Made by a program: the position numbers and the translations under genes. Of a DNA stretch of 64,000 bases, positions 14,657 through 25,780 are shown in pieces. Numbering within the stretch: position 1 is the stretch's first letter; each line of letters begins with the position of its first letter. The stretch lies in the NCBI GenBank assembly GCA_026415775.1, contig JAOAGL010000001.1, positions 111,057-175,056 of the forward strand. Reading direction: 5' to 3'. This stretch comes from Patescibacteria group bacterium. GTDB taxonomy: Bacteria; Patescibacteriota; Minisyncoccia; UBA6257; JAAZHW01. The notes under the pieces were generated by a model that was not told where the DNA came from, did no database searches, and worked only from the letters and a program-made list of their open reading frames with translations.

Positions 14657-16074
14657 TGAAAAAAAATTTAGGAGTGTTTGTGGTACTGCTGCTGCTGGCA
14701 ACAGCGGCAGCTGGGCAAGAAATTGAGTTGAAGGAGCTGGGAAGGGCTCCTTTGAGTCCATATCTCCAGTCCCCAGCGGAGGTAAGAACTCTTCTCGGTC
14801 GCGTGAATGAAGAGCTGGGCAGGGCTTTGGATTTTTTCCCTGGTGGAGGGCTCGGCGAACAAGTTTATGCCTCTCTCTATGAACAGTTGCAGAATTTGAA
14901 AATGGAAGTAGTAGATATTCATCCAAACCAAAAAATGGTTTGGATGATGTACTCGAAGGGACGTCTCCTGAAGTCGGTGGTTTGGAAAGGCAATGAGTCT
15001 TTCCAAGCGTACAAGTTCCGGCTGGAAGTGGAGGGAAAAATTTTTACATTTATAGTTCCAATTCGTTGCGGCAACATCGCGCTTCTCGAAATGCGAGAAG
15101 CGCCGGTAGCTCCACAACCACCAGCTCCAGTTCCACCGGCTCCTCAACCGCCAACTTCGCAACCACCAGCTCCTACTCCGCAGCCAATCCCAGTTCCGCA
15201 ACCGCCAGCTCCTCAGCCAACATCGGTGACTCCGGTCATGGTTCATTGGACTCCCACTATAAAAATAAAAGTGGGAGGGGGATGGGCAGGAATAAAATTT
15301 CCCGCACCAGTAGATTTTTCCAGCTCACGCGTTGACTTCTTCTCTCTTATTCCCGCTGATTCCTCCGTCTTCTATTGCGAAGACGGGGTAGCCTTCTGGT
15401 ACTACAGTCCTAGAAACTCCATTCCCTTTGCCGTCGGCCAGAGCGTACCGCTCTGGCGGCACGAGGTGGTAGAAATTCAGAAGGGAAAGAATTTTCCCTT
15501 CTACGCGCAGATAGAAATCGAGTTCGCGCGTAATTTATTCATTACCGGATCCTTTTTCGAACTCGGAAAATACTCTTCTTTCCAATACGAAGGAAAGGAG
15601 AGTATGGTATTGGACGAGGTACGTCTCCTCGGCCAATACCAGGGACAAGAAGGGCAGACCTGCCCCCCCACGTACGTCTATTACGTGGGGTTACACCGGG
15701 ACTGGCATGAAATCCTGGTCCGGGAGAACATCCGGATTCAGGAGTTTTCAGCTGGTATTTCATACCAGCTGAAGGTGGTGAGGAATGTTTTTGTCACCCC
15801 GCAGGGTGGGGTGACGTGGCAGACCCGGCGGGGTACCCGAGTGACGGATACCACTATTAGCAAGTGGTATCCGTTTAAGGAGGCCCCTCTCGAGAAAGAG
15901 AGGGTAACCGAGGTGGTGGAAAAGGTAAAATCCACCACAACCCACCCTTATGTGGGGATTGGGTTGGAAATCGGTCCCTTCTTTCTCGAAGGTCGCCGTC
16001 TGTTCGGCGACCAGCCGGGACCAATGAAAATCTCTCCCTGGCGTGTCCAGGGAGGGATCCTCCTAAAAATTTAA
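14657..16074 (+). CDS. secreted Pro-rich-linker protein with C-terminal beta-rich (barrel-like) domain, encoded in a compositionally foreign GC-rich island
   Basis: Strong SD (aaggagg) 7 nt before the ATG at 14657. Signal peptide MKKNLGVFVVLLLLATAAAGQE. APVAPQPPAPVPPAPQPP linker. C-terminal half has alternating hydrophobic beta-strand periodicity. Codon usage is GC3-rich (ctg, ggc, ccg), unlike its neighbours. Confidence 0.6.
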
Positions 16075-16083
16075 AAAAAATAA

Positions 16084-16108
16084 GCCCCGAGACCGAAGGT
16101 CGAGGGGC
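16084..16108 (+). terminator. terminator after GC-island gene
   Basis: gccccgagaccgaaggtcgaggggc imperfect GC stem followed by ttttctttttc. Confidence 0.4.
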
Positions 16109-16137
16109 TTTTCTTTTTCTTAAAATTTTTTTTCAAA

Positions 16138-16329
16138 TTATTTTTTCTCAACTTCAATGGCTTCAACTGGGCAAGATTCAATAGCTTCTTTTAATTTTTC
16201 CTCGTCAATTTTTTCAATTTTTTTAACTTCTGCTTTACCCTCATTATTTATTTCAAACATTTCTGGATAAATAAAAGTGCACGTGCCGCAACCCAAACAT
16301 TTTTTTTGATTTATTTTTATCTTTTTCAT
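16138..16329 (-). CDS. 4Fe-4S ferredoxin (single-cluster, small)
   Basis: CLGCGTC...CP motif. 63 aa. Confidence 0.65.
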   Translation of the reverse strand: MKKIKINQKKCLGCGTCTFIYPEMFEINNEGKAEVKKIEKIDEEKLKEAIESCPVEAIEVEKK

Positions 16330-16348
16330 AAGAAACTTTTTAAGCGAC

Positions 16349-17008
16349 CTATAAATTGTATTTTTCTTTGTAAAAACGAATAAGTTCTTTAACTAAAGGA
16401 AGACATTTTGAATCACCTAATCCAACTTTGGTTTTTGCTTGTACTTCTTCCAAAGTTGTAGCGCCTTCAAGAACTGCTTTTTCAATATCGCGTTCGGTAA
16501 TTTTTAAAACTTTATCAACAATGCGGCTGCCTTCTGGTTCAATTTTATCGTATTGTTTTGTTCGGCGGTAATAATCATTAATAGCATCGCGCAAAGCTTT
16601 ATCACCCAAAACTGAGCAGTGATATTTAATAGCGGGCAAACCTCCTAATTCTTTAATTATATCATCAGGCGTGATTTTGCGCGCTTCCTCAATTTTCATT
16701 CCGCCGTTTTTGGTAATCATTTCTGATAAAACCGAAGTTGAAGCAATAGCTGAAGCGCAGCCAAAAGTTCGCCAGCGGCATTTTTTAATTTTTTCTGTTT
16801 TTGGGTCAATCCATAACCAAAATTTCATTACATCGCCGCAAGCGGGACTACCCACCATTCCTAAAGCGTTATATTTAAATTTTTCTTCTTCTCCGAATTT
16901 CATAAAATTTTTTGGGCGGAGAAAATGTTGGCGAACTTTTTTGCTGTAAACCCAAGGTGCGCCGCTTAAAATATCAATTTCTTTTTTTTGTTTCTTTTTG
17001 TTTGTCAT
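16349..17008 (-). CDS. NifU/IscU-like Fe-S cluster scaffold protein
   Basis: SPACGDVM...FGCASAIAS matches the IscU/NifU N-domain cysteines. Confidence 0.75.
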   Translation of the reverse strand: MTNKKKQKKEIDILSGAPWVYSKKVRQHFLRPKNFMKFGEEEKFKYNALGMVGSPACGDVMKFWLWIDPKTEKIKKCRWRTFGCASAIASTSVLSEMITKNGGMKIEEARKITPDDIIKELGGLPAIKYHCSVLGDKALRDAINDYYRRTKQYDKIEPEGSRIVDKVLKITERDIEKAVLEGATTLEEVQAKTKVGLGDSKCLPLVKELIRFYKEKYNL

Positions 17009-18198
17009 TTTATTTGAAGAGAGAGCGGAGATAATTCTCTTAATTTTTTAACGACTTTTTCCAATGATTGAATTAGATAATCAATATCTTTTTTGGTGGT
17101 ATATTTGCCGAGTGTGATTCTAATGCTTCCATGGATGAATTCAGGAGGTAAACCAATGGCTTTTAAAACATGTGAAGGTTGAAGGCTTTTGGAATGGCAA
17201 GCTGAGCCAGTGGAAACCGCAATGCCTAATTCGTCTAATTTTAAAACCAACGCTTCGCCTTCAACATCTAAAACTGAGACATTGATATTATTCGGTAAAC
17301 GATTTTTTAAATCGCCGTTAATAATAATTTTTGGGATGCGTTTTTTTAAATTTTCAACCAGATATTTTTGTAATTTTTTGAGCCGCACGCTTTCTTTTGT
17401 TTTTTCTTTTTGAGCTAATTCTAAAGCTTTGGCAAAACCAATCAGACCAGCCACATTTTCTGTGCCAGAACGATAACCAAATTCTTGGCCGCCGCCGAAA
17501 ATAATAGGCGTTAGTTCAATACCACTTTTTTTATAAAGCATACCAGTTGCTTTTGGGCCATAAATTTTACTGCCATTTAAACTCATTAAATCCACTCCTA
17601 ATTGTTTTGGTTGAATATTTAAATAACCAGCTGCTTGGCAGGCATCGGTATGAAAAAAAGGAAAGATGGTTTTATTTTTCACGCGAAAATTTTTGAGATA
17701 TTGAGCAATTTTTTTAATTGGTTGAACAATGCCAATTTCATTGTTGGCGTACATTATAGAAATTAAAAGCGTATTTTTATTGATTTGCTTTTTTAATTTT
17801 TCTAAATCAACAATGCCGTTTGGCAAAACATTTAAGTAAGTAATTTTAATCCCATTTTTTTCAAGAAATTTTGCTGTTTCCAGCACTGCTGGATGTTCAA
17901 TTTGAGAGATAATAATTTCTGGTTGAGAGAAATTTTTTCGGTAATAATTTACAGCGCCTAAAAGAGCTAAATTAACTGATTCGCTGCCGCCATTGGTAAA
18001 AATAATTTCTTCGGGTTTAATCTTTAAAATTTGCGCAATTTTTTGACGGGCTTTTTCAAGGAAAAATTTGGCCATTCTTCCTTCATAATAAATTGCTGAA
18101 GGATTGCCAAAATATTTTTGCCAAAAAATCTCCATTTCTTTAATGACTTCTTTTCTAACTGGTGTGGTGGCGGCGTAGTCAAAATAGTAGCGTTTCAT
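17005..18198 (-). CDS. cysteine desulfurase (NifS/IscS, class V aminotransferase)
   Basis: HTDACQAAG and the PLP-lysine region SLNGSKIYGPKATG. 397 aa. 4-nt overlap with nifU. Confidence 0.75.
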   Translation of the reverse strand: MKRYYFDYAATTPVRKEVIKEMEIFWQKYFGNPSAIYYEGRMAKFFLEKARQKIAQILKIKPEEIIFTNGGSESVNLALLGAVNYYRKNFSQPEIIISQIEHPAVLETAKFLEKNGIKITYLNVLPNGIVDLEKLKKQINKNTLLISIMYANNEIGIVQPIKKIAQYLKNFRVKNKTIFPFFHTDACQAAGYLNIQPKQLGVDLMSLNGSKIYGPKATGMLYKKSGIELTPIIFGGGQEFGYRSGTENVAGLIGFAKALELAQKEKTKESVRLKKLQKYLVENLKKRIPKIIINGDLKNRLPNNINVSVLDVEGEALVLKLDELGIAVSTGSACHSKSLQPSHVLKAIGLPPEFIHGSIRITLGKYTTKKDIDYLIQSLEKVVKKLRELSPLSLQIK

Positions 18199-18199
18199 A

Positions 18200-18601
18200 T
18201 TATTTTAAAAATTGATTTAGTTTTATTTTGGCCAATTTTTTAGCTAAATCTTTGTTTAAAGTTTGCCAGCAGTTTTTAAGGGCGCATGTTTGAGAAGTAC
18301 AAAAGGGTGAGCAATAAACTAAAGAGATTGGTCCTTCAAGAGTTTCAATAATAGAAAGTAATGAAATTTGCTGAGGCGATTTTTTAAGACGATAACCGCC
18401 AGTTTTGCCTTTTTGCGATTCAATTAATCCAGCTTTGACTAATTGGCGATTGATTTTTTGAAGATGATAAAAAGAAACTCTTTTTTCATTACAAAAAGAG
18501 CGCAAATTAATAAAATCGCTTGTTTTATTTTGGGCTAAGAATAAAAGCCAGCGGAGAGCCAATTCGATTTGTTTGGAGATTTTGATACTTTTGAAATTCA
18601 T
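18200..18601 (-). CDS. Rrf2-family transcriptional regulator (IscR-like)
   Basis: N-terminal wHTH (ALRWLLFLAQNK) and a C-terminal cysteine cluster (CSPFCTSQTC). Heads the nifS-nifU-fdx operon. Confidence 0.65.
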   Translation of the reverse strand: MNFKSIKISKQIELALRWLLFLAQNKTSDFINLRSFCNEKRVSFYHLQKINRQLVKAGLIESQKGKTGGYRLKKSPQQISLLSIIETLEGPISLVYCSPFCTSQTCALKNCWQTLNKDLAKKLAKIKLNQFLK

Positions 18602-18701
18602 ACTAATGAATACTCAATTAGTATAAAAAAACAAAATTAATTGTCAACAAAAAGAAAAAAGGACCCTAAGGGCCCTTTTTTCTTAAGAAGCAAATTATTT
18701 G

Positions 18702-19208
18702 CTAGCGATGCAAGATGTAATCAACCTCCACTTTCAATCCTAAGCCAGTTTGGTCAAAGCGCATTCGGATATTAATGTCCTCTTTTGCTCTTCGAGCGTA
18801 CAAATTATAAATTTCACCGCTTGAAGTATCATTAATAATCGTCCAGTTGTTTTTGGTTAAATAGTTTTTGAAAGTAGTAATTAATTCTCCTATCGGTTTT
18901 TTAGAATAATAAGCAAGATGAGCTGTTACATCTCCACTATCTTTGTATTGGGTTTTTGTCGATTCAATTAAGCGCGTTCCGGATTCAAACGGAAAATCTT
19001 TTGGGAAAATTTCAGCTGGGATATCGCTGTAATCCCAAGTTTCTAAACTAGCTTCAGATTGAATAGAAGTAGTAACAGTTGCTTGTTGCTTAACTCCGCT
19101 CTGTTTGCCGTATAAATAGCCACCGATACCAATTAAAACCATTAGAACAATAATGATAATCCATAAAAGAGCTTTATTTGATTTTTTTGTGATGGTAATC
19201 TCAGCCAT
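18702..19208 (-). CDS. hypothetical membrane-anchored protein
   Basis: N-terminal TM (LLWIIIIVLMVLIGIGGYLY) and a 130-aa extracytoplasmic domain. A further unlisted mini-ORF of about 38 aa (MDELNQAPMQETKPKKKLTWLWIVLAIIIILAIVYFAL) lies at 19210-19329 on the minus strand. Confidence 0.4.
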   Translation of the reverse strand: MAEITITKKSNKALLWIIIIVLMVLIGIGGYLYGKQSGVKQQATVTTSIQSEASLETWDYSDIPAEIFPKDFPFESGTRLIESTKTQYKDSGDVTAHLAYYSKKPIGELITTFKNYLTKNNWTIINDTSSGEIYNLYARRAKEDINIRMRFDQTGLGLKVEVDYILHR

Positions 19209-19437
19209 ATTTTACAAAGCGAAATAAACAATCGCTAAAATAATAATAATAGCAAGAACAATCCAAAGCCAAGTTAATTTTTTCTTTGGTTTTGTTTCTT
19301 GCATTGGAGCTTGATTTAGTTCGTCCATAAAAGAATGAATGTTAAATTAAATTCGACCTTGGCACATTTTTATTATAACTCAAAAAAGGACGTCAAACAA
19401 ATTGCTTGTGGATAAAAAATAGGGTAAAATAAAAATA

Positions 19438-19971
19438 ATGAAAAATAGAGGGTATACTTTGGTGGAAATTTTAGTGGTTTTGGGAGTGACGGCTTTATTA
19501 AGCGGCCTTTTGTTTGTTTATAGTCGACAAGGTGAAAAAATCGGTGAAATTATGAGGGTGCGAGCGCAGGTTGTATCAGATATTAATCGAGTAAAAAATT
19601 TAGCTATTACAGCTGCCACTTGGCAAGGGCAATTAACTTGTGGTTATGGTATTTATTTTGATATCCCAAACAATCAATATATTATTTTTACTGATATTTC
19701 TGCTGATTGTAAATCATCGAATCATTTACGCAACCAAGCACAAACTCAGGATGTAGAAAGAATAAAAACGCCTCAGCGATTTACGTTGGTTAATACTAAT
19801 GTTCAACAAGTATTTTTTATGCCACCTCAACCATTTGTTTTTTTTGATGGTCAAGCAGCTGAGAAGCAAAGTGCAATTGAAGAAGTTGAGATTACATTTG
19901 GTTATTTGTCTGATATAGACCCAGCCTTTAAAGTTTATATTAATTCCATTGGTCAAACTTGGGCTTATTAA
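19438..19971 (+). CDS. type IV pilin / pseudopilin (prepilin-type N-terminal methylation domain)
   Basis: MKNRGYTLVEILVVLGVTALL is a class III signal peptide (G-[FY]TL[IV]E). Confidence 0.7.
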   Translation: MKNRGYTLVEILVVLGVTALLSGLLFVYSRQGEKIGEIMRVRAQVVSDINRVKNLAITAATWQGQLTCGYGIYFDIPNNQYIIFTDISADCKSSNHLRNQAQTQDVERIKTPQRFTLVNTNVQQVFFMPPQPFVFFDGQAAEKQSAIEEVEITFGYLSDIDPAFKVYINSIGQTWAY

Positions 19972-20467
19972 AATGAAAAAAAAGATTCAAACAACAAAAA
20001 ATGGTTTTAGCATTATTGAGGTAGTAGTAGCAATTGGTGTTATTTTAATTGCCTTTACAGGCATGCTCACTTTAATTAATCGTTCTTTAGCTTTTCATGA
20101 TTTGGCTTATAGTCGCCTAATTGCTTCTTATTTAGCACAGGAAGGCATAGAAATTATTAGAAATATCCGCGATAATAATATTTTGCAAAATAAAAATTGG
20201 AATGCTGGATTATCAACGGGCACTTATCAAGTGCAGTATAATGATTTAGCGTTAAGAAATTATACTGGCGAGCCATTAAAGCTGGATACAGTAAATGGTA
20301 TTTATAATTATGATTCGGGTTCGATTACGCGTTATATAAGGCAGGTTGATATAACAACCATTTCTTCTGACCATATTTTTGTTAAATCAATTGTTACATG
20401 GAAAAATCGCGGCGGCTCTTTTGATATTGTGGTCGAAGATCATTTATATAATTGGCTTGGCGATTAA
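19949..20467 (+). CDS. pseudopilin (prepilin-type N-terminal domain)
   Basis: KNGFSIIEVVVAIGVILIAF. Confidence 0.65.
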   Translation: MVKLGLIKMKKKIQTTKNGFSIIEVVVAIGVILIAFTGMLTLINRSLAFHDLAYSRLIASYLAQEGIEIIRNIRDNNILQNKNWNAGLSTGTYQVQYNDLALRNYTGEPLKLDTVNGIYNYDSGSITRYIRQVDITTISSDHIFVKSIVTWKNRGGSFDIVVEDHLYNWLGD

Positions 20468-20976
20468 TGAAAAAAAATAATCCTCAATTAACGGGTTTTA
20501 CTTTAATTGAAATATTGGTGGCTACAGCAGTGTTTTTAACGGTGATTAGCATTACAACTGCTACATTTTTAACCAGTTTGCGTACCCAGCGTTATCTTTT
20601 GGCTTCAATTAATGGTACAGCCAACCTTGCTTATGCTTTGGAAGTAATGGGACGAGAAATTCGTATGGGTAAAAGTTTTTTTGCTCCAACTGAAGACACT
20701 CTAAATTTTCTAAATGTTGATAATGATGCCATTGTTTATCGTTTGAATTCGGTTACTCAACAGATTGAAAGGTCAATCGGAGGCGGGCCATTTAAAACTT
20801 TAACGTCGCCAGATGTTCGCGTTTTATCTTTAAGATTTATTATTAGTGGCGCCGAGCGCCAAGATGGACAACAGGTAAAAGTAACGATTTTGCTAAAAGT
20901 AGCTTCATATGCTGGTCGAAGACAAATTGAAAGCAATATCCAAACAACCATCAGTAGTCGTCAACCAGAAACATAA
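20452..20976 (+). CDS. pseudopilin (GspJ/PilW-like)
   Basis: LTGFTLIEILVATAVFLTVI. Confidence 0.65.
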   Translation: MAWRLMKKNNPQLTGFTLIEILVATAVFLTVISITTATFLTSLRTQRYLLASINGTANLAYALEVMGREIRMGKSFFAPTEDTLNFLNVDNDAIVYRLNSVTQQIERSIGGGPFKTLTSPDVRVLSLRFIISGAERQDGQQVKVTILLKVASYAGRRQIESNIQTTISSRQPET

Positions 20977-20977
20977 A

Positions 20978-21319
20978 ATGAATAAAAAAATTTTAAACAA
21001 TAAAGGTCAGGCAATGCTCATTACACTTTTGATTTTGAGCGCTTCATTTTTAATTGCGATGGCTTTGGGTAGTTTGGTTTTATACGAATTAAGATCAATG
21101 ATTTTTACTGGTGAATCAATTAAAGCTTTGTATGCTGCCGAGAGTGGTTTAGAGTGGAAATTATTTGAAAATATAAAGGGTGTTTTAATTGAAGCGCCGA
21201 CAATGACTAATAATTCTTCGTTTGAAGTTTCTGTTTCTAATCCGCCTGCTGGTGGGACACTGATAAAATCAATAGGACAAAGTGGAAACAACTTTAGAGC
21301 TTTGGAAGCATCTTTTTAA
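20978..21319 (+). CDS. minor pilin-like protein (PilX-like)
   Basis: ATG at 20978 is in frame with the tool ORF. NKGQAMLITLLILSASFLIAMALG is a hydrophobic N-terminus lacking the conserved Glu5, as in PilX-type minor pilins. Confidence 0.5.
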   Translation: MNKKILNNKGQAMLITLLILSASFLIAMALGSLVLYELRSMIFTGESIKALYAAESGLEWKLFENIKGVLIEAPTMTNNSSFEVSVSNPPAGGTLIKSIGQSGNNFRALEASF

Positions 21320-21323
21320 TTAA

Positions 21324-23429
<2,106 letters not shown>

Positions 23430-23462
23430 AATTTAAGCAATTTTTGTGTTAAAATAAAAAAC

Positions 23463-23762
23463 ATGAGCGGAGAAAATCTTATTAATCAAAAGATAGTTGA
23501 CTATTTATTAGATTTGAGTCGTTTGCAAATTTCAGAAAAAGAAAAGGAGAAAATTGAAAAAGATTTAAACCTCATTCTTGATTATGTGAAACAATTACAG
23601 GAAATTAATACAGGGGGGATTGATTTAGAAAAAATACTTTTTCAAACAAAAAACTCAGACAACAAAGAAGTGGATGATGATTTGTTATTTGTGCGTGATG
23701 ATTTGTTAGATGGTTTTTATCAGAGGAAAGATAATTGGTTGGAAATTCCGCCAATTTTTTAA
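23463..23762 (+). CDS. gatC: Asp/Glu-tRNA amidotransferase subunit C
   Basis: 99 aa. LSRLQISEKEKEKIEKDLNLILDYVKQL is the GatC pattern. Immediately precedes gatA. Confidence 0.7.
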   Translation: MSGENLINQKIVDYLLDLSRLQISEKEKEKIEKDLNLILDYVKQLQEINTGGIDLEKILFQTKNSDNKEVDDDLLFVRDDLLDGFYQRKDNWLEIPPIF

Positions 23763-23769
23763 CTTTTTT

Positions 23770-25221
23770 ATGATTACTTTACATGATTTAACAATCAAAA
23801 AAATTCACAACCTTCTTTTGAACAAAGAAGTTTGTTCTTTTGATTTAACAAAAGAATTTTTTGACTATATTGAAAAAAAAGACAGAAACATTGATGCCTA
23901 TCTATCCCTTTTGAAAGAAGAAGCATTAAAACAGGCTAATGAGGTTGATAGAAAAATTGCAGCTGGTGAAAATATCCCTATTTTAGCTGGTGTGCCATTG
24001 GCTATTAAAGATAATATTTTAATTAGAGATACTATTACAACAGCTGGCTCAAAAATATTGAAAGATTATAAAGCAACATATGACGCGACGGTAATAAAAA
24101 AATTAAAAAAACAATTGGCAATTTTTTTGGGGAAGACCAATCTTGATGAGTTTGCAATGGGTTCTTCAACGGAAACATCCGCTTTTAAATTAACTAGAAA
24201 TCCTTTGGATGAAGAGCGAGTGCCAGGTGGGTCAAGTGGTGGTTCAGCTGCAGCAGTGGCAGCTCATGAAGCAGTCGCGGCTTTAGGATCTGATACTGGG
24301 GGATCTGTAAGACAACCAGCTAGTTTTTGCGGTTTGGTTGGTTTAAAACCAACTTATGGCGCGGTGTCACGATTTGGCTTAATTGCGATGGCTTCTTCGT
24401 TAGATCAGATTGGCCCTATTACTAAAAACGTTGAGGATGCCGCTCTTTTGTTAGAAGCAATTTGCGGCAAAGATAAATTTGATAACACAACGGAAAATTT
24501 TAGTTTTGACGCTCAATCAATTTATGAACGAAAAGATTTAAAAAATTTAAAAATAGGCATTATTAAAGAAATTGATTTAACTCAATTCGATGCTAATTTG
24601 GCGGAGATTTTTCAAAAAAGTCTTTCTTTATTAAAAGAATTGGGAGCAGAAATTAAAGAAATTTCTATTCCTCATGTTAATTTAAGTTTGGCGTGTTATT
24701 ATGTTTTAATGCCAGCAGAAGTAAGTAGTAATTTGGCGCGTTTTGATGGTTTGCGTTATTCTCCTTCTGAAGAAAGTGGAATATTAAAAGATTTATATTT
24801 TAAAACTCGCGGTAAATTGTTTGGTCAAGAGGTGAGGCGAAGAATTCTTTTGGGCACGTTTGTTTTATCAAGCGGTTATTATGAGGCGTATTATAAAAAA
24901 GCTCGTTTAATCCAGGCCTTAATTAAAAAAGAATTTGAGAATATTTTTAAAGAGGTTGATTTAGTTGTTTTACCGACAACTCCCACCCCTGCTTTTAAAA
25001 TCGGTGAAAAAACCAGCAATCCTTTAGAAATGTATCTTTCGGATATTTTCACAGTGCCTGCTAATATTGCTGGAATCCCAGCTATTTCTTTGCCTCTCTG
25101 GTCTTCTAAAAACAAATTACCTTATGGTCTACAATTTTTTGGAAAACATTTTGAAGAGCCATTAATCTTAAACGCCGCTTATTTATTTGAGCAAAATTCA
25201 AATTATGGAAGATTTTATTAG
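23770..25221 (+). CDS. gatA: Asp/Glu-tRNA amidotransferase subunit A
   Basis: Amidase signature GGSSGGSAAAVA. ATG at 23770 (MITLHDLTIKKIH...) is in frame with the tool ORF. Confidence 0.85.
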   Translation: MITLHDLTIKKIHNLLLNKEVCSFDLTKEFFDYIEKKDRNIDAYLSLLKEEALKQANEVDRKIAAGENIPILAGVPLAIKDNILIRDTITTAGSKILKDYKATYDATVIKKLKKQLAIFLGKTNLDEFAMGSSTETSAFKLTRNPLDEERVPGGSSGGSAAAVAAHEAVAALGSDTGGSVRQPASFCGLVGLKPTYGAVSRFGLIAMASSLDQIGPITKNVEDAALLLEAICGKDKFDNTTENFSFDAQSIYERKDLKNLKIGIIKEIDLTQFDANLAEIFQKSLSLLKELGAEIKEISIPHVNLSLACYYVLMPAEVSSNLARFDGLRYSPSEESGILKDLYFKTRGKLFGQEVRRRILLGTFVLSSGYYEAYYKKARLIQALIKKEFENIFKEVDLVVLPTTPTPAFKIGEKTSNPLEMYLSDIFTVPANIAGIPAISLPLWSSKNKLPYGLQFFGKHFEEPLILNAAYLFEQNSNYGRFY

Positions 25222-25777
25222 TGCAACTACTTCTATTATTAATACTATTGTTGGTGTTTTTCAGGCGATCATAAATGTTGCTATTTTTATCTTTAATCTG
25301 CCAATTATAAAAATATTACGTTTAATTGGAGGCATTCTCTCGCTTGTTTTGTTTATTTTCTGGATTTATTTAATTATTAAAACAAATAAAATCACTGATG
25401 TCATTGAAAAATATAAAACCATCTGGGTTGGAGGTCATTATGAAAAAAGAAGAGTGTTAAGAGCATGGAAAGAAATTCACGATTTATTAAAAGAGGATGA
25501 CATCCAATCTTATAAGCTCGCTTTTTCGTTGCTTAATGAATTGTTGGAAGAGGTGATTAATCGTTTAAATCCCAAAGGAAAAAATTTATTAGAGAAAATT
25601 AAATCTTTAAAAATTGCCGAACTAAACGAAATTGAAAAAAGCAAATTGTTGGTGGGTGTTTATGCTTATGATAAATTAAAAAGCGACCCAACTTTTAATT
25701 TAGAACCAAAAGAGGTAAAATATTTTGTAAAGCTTTATAAAGAATTCTTTGAGCGATTACATATTTTGGGTGATTAA
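25205..25777 (+). CDS. hypothetical membrane protein
   Basis: Two N-terminal TM helices. ATG at 25205. Confidence 0.4.
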   Translation: MEDFISATTSIINTIVGVFQAIINVAIFIFNLPIIKILRLIGGILSLVLFIFWIYLIIKTNKITDVIEKYKTIWVGGHYEKRRVLRAWKEIHDLLKEDDIQSYKLAFSLLNELLEEVINRLNPKGKNLLEKIKSLKIAELNEIEKSKLLVGVYAYDKLKSDPTFNLEPKEVKYFVKLYKEFFERLHILGD

Positions 25778-25780
25778 ATT

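Noticed and set aside
14668-15945. Minus-strand ORFs (14668..15246, 15542..15763, 15738..15938, 15760..15945) and plus-strand 15066..15335 inside the GC-rich gene
   Set aside because: They are antisense or alternative-frame artefacts of a GC-rich coding region (Arg/Trp/Ser-rich, no RBS). The plus-strand 14657..16074 frame has a signal peptide, SD and coherent domain structure.
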